Assembly: GCF_048593235.1 (NCBI RefSeq)
Contig: NC_133620.1
Coordinates: 67,520,852 to 67,584,851, forward strand
Reading direction: 5' to 3'
Origin: Sminthopsis crassicaudata
Taxonomy: Eukaryota
Length of the DNA: 64,000 nucleotides
Positions 13,011-27,409 of this stretch are shown piece by piece; position 1 is the stretch's first letter; each line of letters starts with the position of its first letter. The notes beneath the pieces are model-generated. The model made no database searches, was not told where the DNA came from, and saw nothing but the letters and a program-made list of their open reading frames with translations. The translations under genes and the position numbers were made by a program.

Positions 13011-13388
13011 CATATTGCTATTTAAATATCTTCTTTATACCTATCCAAATAAGACTTGCAATCTGTTTGTTAATCAGGCTCAACTCAAAGACTTATCTCA
13101 TACTTCTCATTAAGCATGCCTCCTTCATATTTAAGGCATTTAATTAATTTAATTGAATTTTTAATTCACACATTTAATTCATACTTATTCTTCAGAACTC
13201 AGTTAAGCCAAAGGGAGTATCTCATAACTTTTAGTTTCCCTTTTTATGAAGACTTACACAATATAGCCTATTCTATTCATTTTGGCTGTTTATCAGCAAT
13301 TCTCATTCATTTATCATTTGTTAAATGCCAGGTACTAAAATAAAGTACATTTCCTGCCTTTTAAAAGCTCATGATCTAAGATAGATAT

Positions 13389-13434
13389 TCTCTCTCTCCC
13401 TCTCTCCCTCTCTCCCTCTCTTCCTCTCTCTCTC
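13389..13434 (+). repeat. (TC)/(TCTCCC)n pyrimidine tract
   Basis: tctctctctccctctctccctctctccctctcttcctctctctctc. Confidence 0.9.
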
Positions 13435-13781
13435 AATACTAAATGTGTAGCAAACTAAATAATAATGTAATAGTTACTGGTATTATAATACCAGATTAAA
13501 ATTATAATATATTATTATAATAATCAGGTTAAAAAAACTAGTCTAAGAAATACCTTATCTGTTGTAAAATGAGTGGTGTAGATTCCAGAGTAAAAAGAAA
13601 GATGACTCAAAGCTTGGTTAAGTAAAAATTTACAGAAATGAGACTTCAACTAGATTTAGCTATATAGGACTTAGATCAGAATAGAGAAGCTGGGAAGTTG
13701 TCTCTACCCAGCTAAAGCTCAAGTATAAAAAGGCAAGAAGGCTTATTGTTCCACTTGGCCCCAGTGAACAGGACTAAATAG

Positions 13782-13941
13782 GTTTTGGTTTTTGTTTTGA
13801 TTTTTTGCTGAGGCAATTGGGGTTAAGTGACTTGACCAGGGTTACACAGCTAGGCATTATTAAGTGTCTGAGATTGGATTTGAACATAGGTCCTCCTGAC
13901 TTCAGGGCTGATATTCGATCCATTGCACCACCTACCTGCTC
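13782..13941 (-). mobile_element. WSINE1-like SINE (older copy)
   Basis: Reverse-complement SINE (tgaggcaattggggttaagtgacttg..tttgaac..ggtcctcctgac) with T-rich tail; degenerate TSD gaacaggactaaat / gagcagaactaaat. Confidence 0.9.
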
Positions 13942-14766
13942 TGAGCAGAACTAAATTGTAAAGAGGAAATTTTAACTTGGGCTTGACATAACGAATAAAC
14001 TTGATGTCAAAAATGGAATGTTTTTCTGGTTTTTACTGGTTGATTTTTTTTTTCAGCTATGAATTACATCAGTATGATTGGATTAGTATGGAAAATTAGG
14101 GGTAGTTAAGGAAGGCAAACTTTCTCACCAACTTTGACAGAGACTATCTTATATTTCTTACAGTGCTCAGAGTAAGTAGTTAATGAATTATGCTTGTGGT
14201 TTTGTTTGGTTTTGGTTATAGGTAGAGAATAGACAAAGACTGGCTAATATATTCGGACTGTCTCAAAAACTGGATTGTTCATCTTTAAACAACAAATATC
14301 TACATGAACTTAGACTTAAAAGCAAATTATTGAATTAGATTTTTAAATTAAACATTATCATTTTAAGAGTCTCTGCTAAATATGAACTTCCTTTTTTATT
14401 TTCTTTCTTCCAACTGTATGAGGTTTGTCCTTTAAGGTCTTGCTATAGGTTATTATATGTATAATATACATTGCTAATAAATAGCCAAATAAGACTTTTG
14501 AATGGTTCCCATGCAGTGGACCCTGTTAATACTACCTCCAGAAATCATATATGACATTCAGTATTTCTGATTTGTAATCCTTCCAGAATTTCATCATGCA
14601 AATAGCATATTCTATGATATACCAGGTCTGAAAGAGTATTAATGATGCTGTGCTCTAAATATAGAGATCCGAAGAACAAAGCCACCTAATGTTTTTAATT
14701 TTTAAAAAATATTGTGATCATAAGTCAGGAAGCCAAGCCACTCATTGTAATCTTATTTTGTTTCAG

Positions 14767-14904
14767 GCATCTATCTGTCAGATCTGACATATATTGATTC
14801 TGCATATCCATCAACTGGCAGCATTCTAGAAAATGAACAGAGATCAAATTTAATGAATAACATCCTTCGAATAATCTCTGATTTACAGCAGTCTTGTGAA
14901 TATG
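14767..14904 (+). CDS. RALGPS2: RALGPS2 exon A (138 nt, RasGEF/CDC25 domain)
   Basis: tttcAG|GC ATC; (G)[45 protein letters not shown](D); donor G|GTAGGT; phase 1-1. Confidence 0.97.
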
Positions 14905-16661
14905 GTAGGTTTTTGGTTAGTTTCTGCATTATTGAAAATGAAATTAAAGAAACATCCAATGGCAATAGCAGGACATCTGCAAATGAGGTGCCCCTAAGAT
15001 TCTTTGATTGGTGAAACTTTTCTGGTTTTCTGGTAACTTTTTTTTTCAATGATTTATTTAAAGACATATATGGCATGCCTATCAAATTTTCAAATGAATT
15101 TGAACAATTAAATTTATCTAACACTGACTTAAAAATAATATAAGCTTAGGCTACATTAGGAGAAATGTTACTGTTAAGAAAGAGGATAAGACATATTCTT
15201 TTTGGTATCAGATAGTAGTACTAGGAGCAGTGAATGAACATTGCAGGTGACAAATTGATAAGGAAAAACCAATGAAAATAGATTTGTTGCTTGTTAACTT
15301 GAATATATTTCAATCTAATTGGTATCTTTGTAATTCTTTCATTCTATGCATTTAAAAACAAACTACCATGACATACTAAATCCATGATATGCAAAAAGGT
15401 TAAGAACATTGGTGTTTGCAAAATTGTTTCGGCTGTTGGCTTTTATATCGCTTAAATTTTTCTAGTGTTTATGGCATAGCAGAAGTGTTTACCTATCACC
15501 AGTATTGTACTGCTCAAAAGGCATTCATGGCCTTTAAAATAAAACACACTTTCTATTCAGGGGGCCTGCTTATTTAAGGAGCTTGACCTAAAAGTGTGAT
15601 ATTAGGATAATTGACATTGACTCATTTTGTTGAGTTAGTCCCAATTCTACCTATATCCCCCAATAAGCATTAGATTATCCTTAAACCAAAGGTTAGATTT
15701 TTATTTTTAATAACTTCATGTGCTGCTTTCTCCTTTTACCCAATTGATTAGAATAAGGTAGCAAGGGAAGTCTAAAGAGTAAAAGTAAATGTGTTGAGAT
15801 TTACTCAATGAAAAATATTGTTAAACTATGAACCAAAAGTTTTATGAGATTATTCTGTGACATAGAAAAAAACATTACCATTAGACCTAGTTTCTTGTAC
15901 TTTTATTTCTTGACTTATTTTTAATAATTGGACTAATTTTTCATAGTTATCAGTTTTAATATTTTAGAAAATTTATGAGTATTTTAGGCTTTTATTATAT
16001 AGGCAGTTGCCAAAATATTTTTGAGAAGGTACTTATCGTTTGTAGATGAAAATATTTTGTATTTCTACCTATACCAAACCATAACACAATGTACTTATTC
16101 TATTGAAACAGATGCTTTTACTTTCACTTGAATTTTTTTTTTTGTTCTGACTTTAAAATATGAAAATCTAAAGCATTTCAGTAAATCAAAAGGTAATGTT
16201 AAATTTTTATAGAGGAAATTCACCCAATAATAACAAAGTTTGTATTTTGTATGAAGAATTTTAAAATCAGCCAACAAATACATTCTTCTAAAGATGTATT
16301 AAAGGTTTTAGTTTTCTATATATATATTATGTCACAAACTTAAATGTTGTTTAAGTATTTTACACCTAGATAGAATTTCCCAATGTTTCCATTTAAATTT
16401 TAATTATGAAGAACTTTGATAGATTGTTTTTCAAAACAAAGGCAAAAGCTGTTAGCCATATTTCATATGCAGATTTTTTGTTTTATTTTATTCCTGGTAA
16501 AATTTTCATAAGTTCTTCCAAATACAACACTAGACAACATTTGCTTCTGAAGTTCTTATTTAGAGATGACATAGATCTTAATTTATTTTTAGATATGTTT
16601 CTAGGCTTATCTTTTAAAGGATAATTGTAAAATAATTGGTAGTGTCTCATTTTTTCCCTAG

Positions 16662-16752
16662 ATATCCCCATATTGCCTCATGTCCAGAAATATCTGAATT
16701 CCGTTCAGTATATAGAAGAACTCCAAAAATTTGTGGAAGATGATAATTACAA
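16662..16752 (+). CDS. RALGPS2: RALGPS2 exon B (91 nt, end of GEF domain)
   Basis: tttttccctAG|AT; (D)[29 protein letters not shown](K); donor AA|GTATGT; phase 1-2. Confidence 0.97.
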
Positions 16753-18399
16753 GTATGTATGGTCTTCAAAAGCATGCTGTATGTAGATGTAACTTTGTAG
16801 CTTCAAAGTAGCAAACTTACTATCAATTGCCTTCTTTTATATAAGTTAACTTTTGTTTTAATTAATCCACAATACAATGTTCATTCCTTATGGGAAAATA
16901 TTTTATACCTCTTTTAAGATTTTTGAGCATAGTATATAAGATATTGCCGATCATAATTTATTGTTTTTGTTATTGATTTAAACGCTGACTGAAGTCACAT
17001 AAAAATATATGTTTTGATATAATCAGAAAAGTAAAAACTTAATGATTCAGTTCTGTCAATAGTAGAAATGTCTGAAGTACATCATGGTTACTATTGATGC
17101 TGAAACATAATGTTTTTTATATGTTTCAAAATGAAAGGTGAGAATTACTGCCTTATTTTCTTTAAGGTAGGCAAATAGCTAGTCTGCTTTTTTCTGATAT
17201 TATTTTCATATCATTGAAAAATTACCCATTTTATTGAGAAAAAAATTTTATGTTGAGAAAATATAATTGATCTTCTAAATTAAACTTTTAGGGGAAAAAA
17301 TTTTTTTTTCTACCAAAAAACCTGATTATCCATCTTATCATCTAATAGTAATGTATCATAAATGTCGCTTGAAAAAAGGAGGTAGTTTTTTGGAACTTCC
17401 CTTTTTCTCTCTATACCTTTTTCAGTGTCAAGAAACATTTTCATGGCTGTCTTATGATGTCAATTATTACCAGATTTTAAAATTATATGCTATGTCTTCT
17501 GGAAAATATCTTTTCCAGTTCAAGGGTTCATTTTTAATAGTTAATTAAAAATAGAAAATACAGCTTATTCACAATATTAGTATAATAATAACGAAAATAC
17601 AGGTGTATTGTTTATGCCATGTCATGCCATGTCTTCACATGGTAGTAATTATTGGTATCTGTGTTCCTTTACCTCAAGATTTTTAGAGCATTGTGAGTGA
17701 AATTATGTGTGTGCCTGTACATGAAATTATATGTATAGGTACACACATATATATGTATAATAATCTTAATAATAATAATCTAGTAATAACAATTTTAATA
17801 AAGATAAAAATAATAATAATCCTAGTAAAAAATTAAACATTTTGAAACTGACCAATAATGCATAGTCTTAAAATAAAGAATGTCATCTATAGTCTGTAGT
17901 AAGTTAATTGAATATATTTAAAATTTCACAAATTTTGGAAAAGTATATGGCATCCTCACCCTTTCCTAATCCACAAAAATAAACATGGAATCTTTAATTG
18001 TGAATTAGTCACAATTTTGCCTTAAAATCATTATTGAACTTCTGAATTAGCAAATGAAATAGTATTAGTGGGTAACAAGTAGTTATTAGTAAATCTGATT
18101 ACAAAAAAGATCCTCATCAAAGGAGATTGGGACTAGATTCATTTTGTTGGTACAGAGAATACCAAATTGGCACCTTCTCTGCAACTTAAAAACTTTCAAA
18201 GAGTAGCCTAGATTACTGAGAATTATGTCTGTCCCAGGGTTACATAGCCAGGATAGGTCAAGTCAGAGGTAAAGCTGGGACCTAACTTTGCCTGAATTTT
18301 CTATCCACTGTACTCTATTACCTCAAGTCAGCAAAATGATCCCAATTATCACTTTAATTCTTTTAATTGGGGATATGAGGGAGATGCGCCCAGCAAATT

Positions 18400-19960
18400 A
18401 AGTCAGTAAGTCAGCAAGCATATGTTAGTTATTTATTGCATACCAGGTGCTCTGCTAAGCACAGGAGTACAAAGGAAAGCAGAAACCATTCCCTGCCTTC
18501 ACACTGTAATGAGGGAGACCACATACCAATAGCTAGGTGTAGACAAAGATATTTGTCATAAATGACAGTTAATTCTAAGAGGCACAAGCAGCATTTCCTT
18601 CCTGGCCCTGTTTCTGACTCTCTGATTTCTAAATCATGCTGTCTTATCCTAACACTTGGCACCTAGGGCCTCCTTTCCCAGGAACATCGTTCCACAACTG
18701 TGACCTTCTTAACCTAGAATATTCTTCCCTCTCTTAAGGCCAGTCCCCTTTTTCCAATGATGAGTTAGTTCCTCCACTTTTGTGGAGGGGTCCAGGCTGC
18801 CTTTCATTCCTCTCTGGGTCCTATTCTAGCTTCCAGACTTGAAAACTTTGCCCCTATATTAGGTACTTTATGCTTTCCCCCTTATCCTTTTTCCATGTGT
18901 TTTCTTTCCCTGTTGGAATGGAAGATTCTTGAGGTTAGGGACTGTCTTTTTGTCTGTGTTTGTGTCCCCAGTACTTAGCCCATTGGCACGTAGGAAATGC
19001 TTGTTGCCTACGTGCCTGCCTTCTTTCAGGAAACAAGAAGGGTTGGGAATTGAGCTGAAACTTCAGAGAAGTTAAGCGTTGGAGGTGCCCCAGAACTGGG
19101 GAGCATCCAGTACAGAATACTAAGTTGGGTGATCCTAGGCAGAACCCCCCCCCCATTACACTCCCTAAAAATCCAAGAGTGGGCTTGTGAGTGCTAAATA
19201 GGGGATAGCCAAGTGTGAAAGGACTGAAAGAGCAAGAAGGGGCCAGCTTGAAGAGACCTTTAAATTCTAAACAGAGGACATTGGAGTTAATCCTGGTGAT
19301 GATAGGGAAGCATGGTGTTTAGGAAAGTCATTAGCAACTGAGTGGAAGATCAAAATAGGGATCAGTTAGGCAAATGGGAAGAACCAGTGCTAAGTGATGC
19401 CATGAAAACTCAGTAAAGTGAGTGTCCAGGAGGAAAAAAATATTAAATGTATCCAAGTTTATAGAGAGGGTAAGAAGGATGAGGCTTGAGGAAAGGCAGA
19501 GTTGTCCATTAAGAGATCATTGGTAACTTTGTAGAGAGTACTTTCAGTTGAATAGTGAAATTAGAACCCAGAATTTAATTGGGAATAAATAAGAGGAAAT
19601 AGTCACTTAGTGTTAACAACTTTCTCAAGGAGTTGAGAACAAAAGAGAGATGATACTAATTAGCCAGAATGGTAGAATCATGTAAGAGTTTTTAAGGATG
19701 GGAGTTATGGGGGTGTATTTGTAGGCAGTGCCTTCAATAGCTAGAAAGACACAGATTAGAAAGAGAGGGGACAATAATGAGACTATGAGAAGAGAAATCA
19801 AGAGCACTTAGAGGGAGGTCAGCCAGAAGAAGGGAGATTGTAGATGACAAATATATCTTAAGTGATATTGAGACGAGGGTAAGAAGAAAAAAAAGGAGCT
19901 CAGAGAAAATTGCTTCAATTTTTTTCACATTAGCATCAATAAGGATTGACACCTAAGAGA
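18400..19960. mobile_element. L2 cluster (- 18400-18600, + ~18620-19010, - ~19200-19960)
   Basis: L2 3' ends (gttatttattgcataccaggtgctctgctaagc; gagg..gggactgtctttt..ccccagtacttagc..gtaggaaatgcttg) and aagagatcattggtaactttgtagagag..tttcagttga. Confidence 0.8.
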
Positions 19961-21027
19961 TGAGTAAATACCTATGAAAAATGTTTGCCTGTGACGTCAG
20001 AAGTCACAGTGGACTCTGACATTTATTTGGGGTCAGACAGCTCTGTAAACATCATAAGAAAAACAGAACAATTGAGTTTATTAATGAACTATGAAAAGCA
20101 CCATGATCTATTGTGGGAGGTTTTAGAGTTAGTGTTAACCATACCTAAGTTCATACCCTGCCTCAAACACATAATAGCTGGGACCCTGAACAGATCACTT
20201 CATTCTTCTGGGCCTTGGTTTCCTTATCTGTAAAATGATCAAGTTGGACTTAGTCACTTCTTTGAACAAATGATGCCTTAATATATTATCTTCATAAAGC
20301 ATAGAAATATTTAGTGCATTTTAAAATTATTTTCATACAAAATAGTTTAAGTAAAAGGATTTTGCACCTTAGGGAATTAAATAATTGTTACTTGTAAAAT
20401 TCAGTACTGTAGAACACTTTATTTCCAATGATTCCAGAGAAGTCACTTACTGTTGTATTTTAAATTTAAACAAGAAGTTTTAGAGTACTCTAGAAATGAT
20501 CTCAAAGATTTTAAAATTTGCCTTGAAATAGATCTTATGTGTGTTGACCAACTGACTTACTATCCTAGAAATGAAAACTATGGACCCTGCCTTAAGAATC
20601 ATTTTGTTTGTTTGGTACTCTGCTTCCATGTATGTTTTGAATAAAATACACAGATGAATTTTCTTTTCTTGAGAAGTGATTCCCAAGTTCCCTTATTAGA
20701 ATTAGAATATTTCTATAATATTTCATTTCCTATCCCTAGAAAAAGGATAGTTTTAATTCAACCTATTGGAAAAATAGAGCCCACTATGTGGAAAGGCCAT
20801 TCTTAACGTGTCCTTTTATCATAGAGCCAGTGATCTATTATTATTAGCATTGATTGGTTAAAGAAAGCAATAAGATGACTATTCAGATGTTCTTGAAGAG
20901 AAATTTTCCAAAATTTTAAATAAAATTTAAATAATTTAATAAGATATACTTTATATATTATATTTAATAAGATAAACTATCTACTTAGTTTATACAAATT
21001 AATCTTTCTGTGATAATTAACTAAAGA

Positions 21028-21174
21028 GGGGCAGCTAGGTGGCGCAGTGGATAGAGCACCAGCCTTGAATTCAGGAGGACCAGAGTTCAAATCTGGACTC
21101 AGACACTTAACACTTCCTAGTTGTGTGACCCTGGGCAAGTCACTTAACCCCAGCCTCAGGGGGGAAAAAAAAAA
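21028..21174 (+). mobile_element. Young WSINE1-like SINE with 16-bp TSD
   Basis: ggggcagctaggtggcgcagtggatagagc..gagttcaaatc..cacttaaccccagcctca, tail G6+A10; perfect TSD gataattaactaaaga at 21012-21027 and 21175-21190. Confidence 0.96.
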
Positions 21175-21399
21175 GATAATTAACTAAAGACAGGAATTTT
21201 TTGCTTCCTCATGTTCAAAATCTGAATATCATTTTACCAGCAGAGTATAGAAATGCAAATTAGAAAAATTTCCAATTGATAGAATTGTTGTAAATTTTTT
21301 TGCCTTAACAAATGATTATCAATTTCAATCTTTAAGGTGCAAAAGATAGTTTTACAAATCTTTCAATAAAATGTTATTTCATGGCACAAACATCATTAT

Positions 21400-21640
21400 A
21401 ATTAGTATTTATGTAATGCCTAGTATATGCTAGGCACTGTGACTATGTTAAGCAGTTTGCAAATATTCTTATTTTATCCCTACAATAACCTGGAAAGGAA
21501 GTGCTATTATTATTTCCATTTCACAATTGAGGAAACCAAGGTAGACAGATTAAGTGATTTACTCAGGATCATGCATCTTGTAAGTATCTGAAATCAGATT
21601 TGAACTCAGACCTTCCTAACCCTTGTGCAGTTAGCTGCCT
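21400..21640 (-). mobile_element. MIR
   Basis: tatgctaggcactgtg..tacaataacctgg..ccatttcacaattgaggaaacc..ttaagtgatttactcagg..tttgaactcag. Confidence 0.8.
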
Positions 21641-22327
21641 GCAATTTGACTTACTGATGCCAATATCTTCCTCTATGAAACTTCAGACTATATATACATT
21701 AGCTGAGCCCAGATGTTGACTACATAATAGGATTAATCAAAAACCGCAAAGCCACTTTCTTGTTATTAGGAACTTCTAGTAAATTGAACTTAAAATATTG
21801 ATATTTATTGTTGGAAGATTTTTTTTTAACTGAGCACTACTATACTGAACAGAAAATAACAAAACTAGTACTTCTGAAAAAAGACAAAAGCTAGTTTGAA
21901 ATTTAGTTAGAGGCCACTTTCTCAAAAAATAAGTGTCAATCATGTCTCACATTGAAACACTATAAAAAGACATGATGAACTGATAGACAGCCCCGTAATA
22001 GCTGCCAATCATCCCAAGATACAAAGCAGCAATATTTCCCTTCCTTAATGATGATTTCTATAAATTTTTAAAAAATGTTTTGTCTTCCTATTGATATTTT
22101 TCTTGTGAGGATTACTTTTAAGATCTTTTTGAACCTCAAGAAAATTAAAGATTGTGTTTTTGTGAGAGTGTGTGTATGTGTGTGTGTGTGCTGAAGTAAT
22201 TGCTGAAATTATTTTATAAAAAATATCTTTAGAAACAGACTTTAAAAGTTTATTTCATAAATGTACATTTTTCAAGTGACTTATAATTGTTTTATGTGGA
22301 TTTCATTGGTTTCTTCTTTAAATATAG

Positions 22328-22395
22328 GCTTTCATTAAAGATAGAGCCAGGAACAAGCACACCACGTTCTGCTGCTTCCAGAGAAGATTTAGTAG
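22328..22395 (+). CDS. RALGPS2: RALGPS2 exon C (68 nt)
   Basis: atAG|G CTT; (K)LSLKIEPGTSTPRSAASREDLV(G); donor G|GTAATA; phase 2-1. Confidence 0.96.
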
Positions 22396-23419
22396 GTAAT
22401 ATCCAATTCTTATCCTAATTTTAAAAAAATGCTTTATTACAAGATAAAAAATTAATCTTGTGCTCATATTTATGCTTAGTCTTTCTTTTAATCAACAAAT
22501 TTTTGATTATCAACCAGTGATATGTTTTATTCTGAATTTGTAAATATATTTGCAGTATATATAAGAAAATATTTTAGGCACCTGCAGTTCTGACCACAGA
22601 ATTTCCTAGAAAAATCAACTACCCTTCCTTACTTTTCCAAACAGGACATTTTGTTTAATAATTATAGAAAGCTGGTGTGCAAACTTAATTTTAATACCCT
22701 TAGGAAAAAAACCATACAGAATAATTGTGATCTACAGATGGCAATCTAGGATAATGAATAGTTGTGTTCTGGGCTTATCTAGAAGAGCTGGATTCAAATT
22801 CCATCTTAGATATTTGTTTGTTTGTCTTTCAGAAGAAATCACTTTAGATCTCTGTACTGGATAGTGGATATTGCCTGGATAATGAAATCACTCATTCCTC
22901 TTATTTATGTAATGCTTAACTAAATACTGAATTTTAATTACAAATTTAAATAACTTCAGTATTTATAAACTTTTACTTACATTATCTTCCATATATTAAA
23001 TCTATTTTGTTACATGATCATGTACAATATATAGTAAATAATTAAAATAAAGTCAGACTTCATAGTTAAGTAGTCCTTTGTCTGAATACTGTACTTAATA
23101 GAAAAAAATAATTACAAGAGACTTTGGTAAACTGTACAGAAAGTTTTCTGTAAGGTGGCTTAACAAGAATGTTCAGAGCATCCTAATTTTTTTTGGGGGG
23201 GGGGTTAAAATACGATCTTTTCTCCTAAAAATACTTAAGAGTTTGGTTTGTTCTATTGTTTTGAGTTTTTCGTCTCTTAAACTCTTTCAATTTACACATA
23301 CTGCGCACTTTACTTGGACAGAAAATGAGGCATACTGTTTCCTTACTGAAGCATCCTTAAGGAAAATCCCTACCTCTAAATTTTAAGTGCCCTGGTAACA
23401 GTATTTTTTTTTTTTCTTA

Positions 23420-23645
23420 AACCGTATGGAAGGTTGTTTGTTATTCAGGCCTTTGATTTTGTTGGTGTAGGGAACTCTGTAGTGAGGAAATCCCCTGGCC
23501 CCTGCAGATCCACATCTTCGTGCTAGTCATGAAAAATTGCCTGAGGAGCCCACAGGAGGAACTTTCCCTTGATCCTGCAGTCAGTGCCCATTGTGGGCAG
23601 GCCTTGGATTCAAGTGTTGCTCAGTCTGAGGCCAGCACCCTACTC
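23420..23645 (-). mobile_element. Marsupial CORE-SINE (Mar3-like; similar fragments ~18160-18325 and ~45300-45510)
   Basis: ggaactctgtagtgaggaaatcccct..ctgcagatc..ttgcctgagg motif set; family name from memory. Confidence 0.6.
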
Positions 23646-25694
23646 TCAGAAACAAGATAATTTTCGTTCCTAGTTTTGTCTTGTTCTCCTAATAACAGCC
23701 AGAAAATGAATATATATAGTTGCTATAAGCAGACCATTCTAAAGACAACCCACTGTAAAGCCCTGGTTTTGTTCATGACAGAGCTGAAACCCAAGAAAGT
23801 TAGAGAAGTTGCCTGAAGTTACTGAGGGGGCTGCTAAAAAACTGGGACAAGAGTCCAAGTTTCTTCACTCCCACTTCAGCATTTTCCCCATTATTAACAT
23901 GAGTCTTCTGTTTGAAGATAGAGAAATCTTGCCATCTAGGGGAGGGGGTGAAGGGAAGGGAAGTAGAAATTGAAACACAAGGTTTTATAAAGGTCAATGT
24001 TGAAAAATTATACTTGCATATGTTTTGAAAATAAAAAGCTTCAATTAAAAATTTAAAAAAAGAAGAAGATAGAGAAGTCTTAAAGAGGCAGGGGAGCAAA
24101 GAAGAAAATTATTAGCAAAGGAAGTGAGATGAACCCATTTTGGTAGCACAGGAGACCTGGAAAGTTTTGTGATAGCTTGTGATGGATAGCTACTGAAAGG
24201 TAGGTGGTATTGGACCAAGAAACCTGGCAACCCAAAAATTATTTGGTGGTGTGATCCAATTGTTTGTTTTTTGTTTTTTGTTTTTAATTGCTTAGTTAAA
24301 ATGCAACAAACACCAATTGATATGAAATAAGCACTATATCTTTGTCCTTTAAAAGTTACTACTTTCAAAGCACATGCTGTTAAATTTTTAGTAGCTATCA
24401 TGTTGTTTTGAATAGCTTGTTTCTTTTTCCAGCTATAAGTTTTGATATGGAAATACAGGTTGTCCTAGTTAATTTCCTAATAATGATTAGTTTTTCATGT
24501 TGTTCTTCATATAATCAAAAAGGATATAATACATAAATATTAGCTTATGTTGGAGATTTAAATAGCTCAGCATTTATATAGAACTTTAAGGATTTCAAAG
24601 CCCTTTACAAAAATTTATCATCACAATAATCCTGGAATTACCCTCATTTTACAGATGAAGAAATTGAGGTAAAACGGGGTAAAATGACTCTCAGTTGAAA
24701 TGGTCCACTAGCCTCAGCTTCCTTGCTATTCAGAATTAAAAGACATATATTACCATGCCCAGCCTGAGTATCTTTGTCTTACAGAAAACATGCCATTCTA
24801 AAACTTTTTCAGCTTTCCTAGCTTAAAAAAAAAAAAAAGCATCTTTAGCAGAAAGAAAAAGAAATTATTGAATGTTCAATTCAATAATTCAAGCTTAAAA
24901 AGTAGTGTATTTTAACTTAATGACCAACTTGTATAAGCCCTCACCTTATTTACTTAGGCAGAAGCTTTAAACAGAGATTGGAAAGTCAGGCCACATGGAA
25001 TACCCTTTGATTTGGCTTCTAATCCAAGTTCTGCCTAGTTAAATAAGCATCTAACTACGTAGAACCATGATCTCCTTCTGGGGGAATGATTATCTGCCCT
25101 CATGGTCATAATATGATGAAGGTAAAAGAGAATTTTCTTTTTATTGTCAATAAAGAAATAAACCCACTGCCCAGGCCCATCTTAATCTTATTTTCTTTCT
25201 TACTTGCCAAACCAAGAATGATATAGGGGGAAAAACCAAGCGTGCGTGTGTGTATGTGTGTGTGTGTGATATAGTTTGCAGTTATATAGATGTGAGCTAT
25301 CACTATTATTATTATTACATGGTTCTTAAGTGGAACAGTTAATATCTAAGTGGTAAATTAGGCACAAGAAGCTCCCAAATGGCTAATTATGCTTTTGATA
25401 TTTGTAGTACTACTGAGAAGTTAGAACACCTTTTACTTTTTTAAAAATTTAATTTTGTCATAAAGTAAATATTTTTTGTTTTCTCAATTGGAATATATTT
25501 TAGACATAAACCCATTCAATATCAGAACAGAAGATAGACTTTGATAGTTCCTAATCAACAAAATGCAGTTGATACCAATATTTTAAGCCAAATCTTACAT
25601 ATTTTATGAGACTCAATAATATTGTTAAGTTAAATGTTGTTTTTGAAAACACATCCTTGGAAATAGCTATTTTTTTTTCTCATTTAAACCATAG

Positions 25695-25830
25695 GTCCAG
25701 AAGTAGGAGCATCTCCACAAGGTGGAAGAAAAAACATAGCAGCAGAAGGAGCCTTGCTACCACAAACACCTCCATCACCTAGGAATCTGATACCACATGG
25801 ACACAGGAAGTGCCATAGCCTTGGTTATAA
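25695..25830 (+). CDS. RALGPS2: RALGPS2 exon D (136 nt, PxxP SH3-binding motif)
   Basis: ccatAG|GT; (G)PEVGASPQGGRKNIAAEGALLPQTPPSPRNLIPHGHRKCHSLGY(N); weak donor AA|GTTAGC; phase 1-2. Confidence 0.96.
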
Positions 25831-26926
25831 GTTAGCATTTTTTTAAACATTCAGATAATTAAAATTGCTTATCAGTGGGACTTATTTTCTGTGAATTTAG
25901 TGATTATTAGTTTTCTTGCACATGAATTAGCAAAATCCCTAATTTCACTATTAGAAATTTAGTTTGCCTGAAATTTTTAGTTTCCTGGTTTACCTAAATT
26001 TGATAAAGAACTTCTTACTGCTATATGCACATATATTTTGAGGTAGATAGTCTCAATTCAAAAGCAGTTCTTTTTAAAAAAACATTTAATAAAAATTTTA
26101 ATTTTGTTACAAGAAATGACTTGTGCAGGTAACCTGGTACAATTAAAATCACAGCAAATATTTCCTCATCAATTACAAATTTGCTTTCTTAAAAGTTTTA
26201 GCTTATCGATTATGTCTGTTTCACACAATGCCATTTTCCTTCTCAACTAACACAAATCATCTTAAAATATGATCTCAGCCTGAAGAATTTTCAATTTTAT
26301 TGTTAAATATTAAAGAAAGAAGGATTCTCACTTATTCTAGAAAATTTGCCTTTGAGATTTGGACTCATTCAGCCCTGATATACCTTTTTGTATTTTTAAC
26401 TATCCACCTCATCCACCCACCCCAACTCCTTCAAGTGTTACTATAAAATTATTTGGAAAGTCATTCAAAACAAAAGTGAATTTCAAATTGAAATACATTT
26501 GAAGCATCTTCTTTTAAAAATATCTATTGTTTTGCTTTAACAGTTTTTTCCCTTGCTCTTTAATAGAGCAAGAGATATATGAATTCATAATCTAGAGCTA
26601 ATAAGGTAACCAAGGACCTATCAGTAGGCTTATTTTACAGATGAGGAATAGGAGTCCTATAAAATTAAGTTAATTTCTGAAGTCACATGGCTAGTATTAG
26701 AATAGAATGAGACCCACTGACCAAAGCCAAGGATCTTCCCACTTTGCTGACCTTTTTTTGTTATTTGTCTAAGTATATTGTTTTCATGGGTGTAGCTATT
26801 TCCCTTTTGATAAAAATAAGTTGTATAAGTTAGTGTTTGATAAGGGGTGTAAACACAATGTTATATATCTTCATTGCTCTAAAGTTAGTGTAATAAAATA
26901 CAAGACTAATTTTTTTCTCTTTCCAG

Positions 26927-27078
26927 TTTCATTCATAAAATGAACACAGCAGAATTTAAGAGTGCAACATTCCCCAATGCAGGGCCAAGACATCTACTGG
27001 ATGACAGTGTCATGGAGCCCCATGCACCATCCCGAGGACAGGCTGAAAGCTCTACTTTGTCTAGTGGAATTTCAATAG
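26927..27078 (+). CDS. RALGPS2: RALGPS2 exon E (152 nt)
   Basis: ttctctttccAG|T; (N)FIHKMNTAEFKSATFPNAGPRHLLDDSVMEPHAPSRGQAESSTLSSGISI(G); donor G|GTAAGG; phase 2-1. Confidence 0.97.
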
Positions 27079-27409
27079 GTAAGGAATATGCCTTCAGAAT
27101 TTTATAAAATATACTCATTGGGACTTCTTCATGGGATTTTAGTTCAGTTGACCTTGAACCAAAAAGGAGTCAAGTGGCTTCCACAAACTTAATTAAGATC
27201 ATTTAAAAATTTTTGGTATTTTCCCTATTCATGTGATAGTTTTTATATAAAAGGCTCTAATTTTTATTGTTCAAAATAAATGATTTGAAACAGAAGAAAA
27301 TTTGTTTGAAAATGAAAGAGCCCAAATTTTCTTTTAAGTCATTTCTATATAGGATATATGGATGCTAGTATTCATTTTAGGCCCACTATTTGAGAACTTA
27401 TTTTATAGG

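Noticed and set aside
12778-13113. 111-aa ORF
   Set aside because: Reads through a MIR; this translation is a common repeat artefact.
14771-15124. 117-aa minus-strand ORF
   Set aside because: Antisense shadow of RALGPS2 exon A plus intron, with a non-ATG start.
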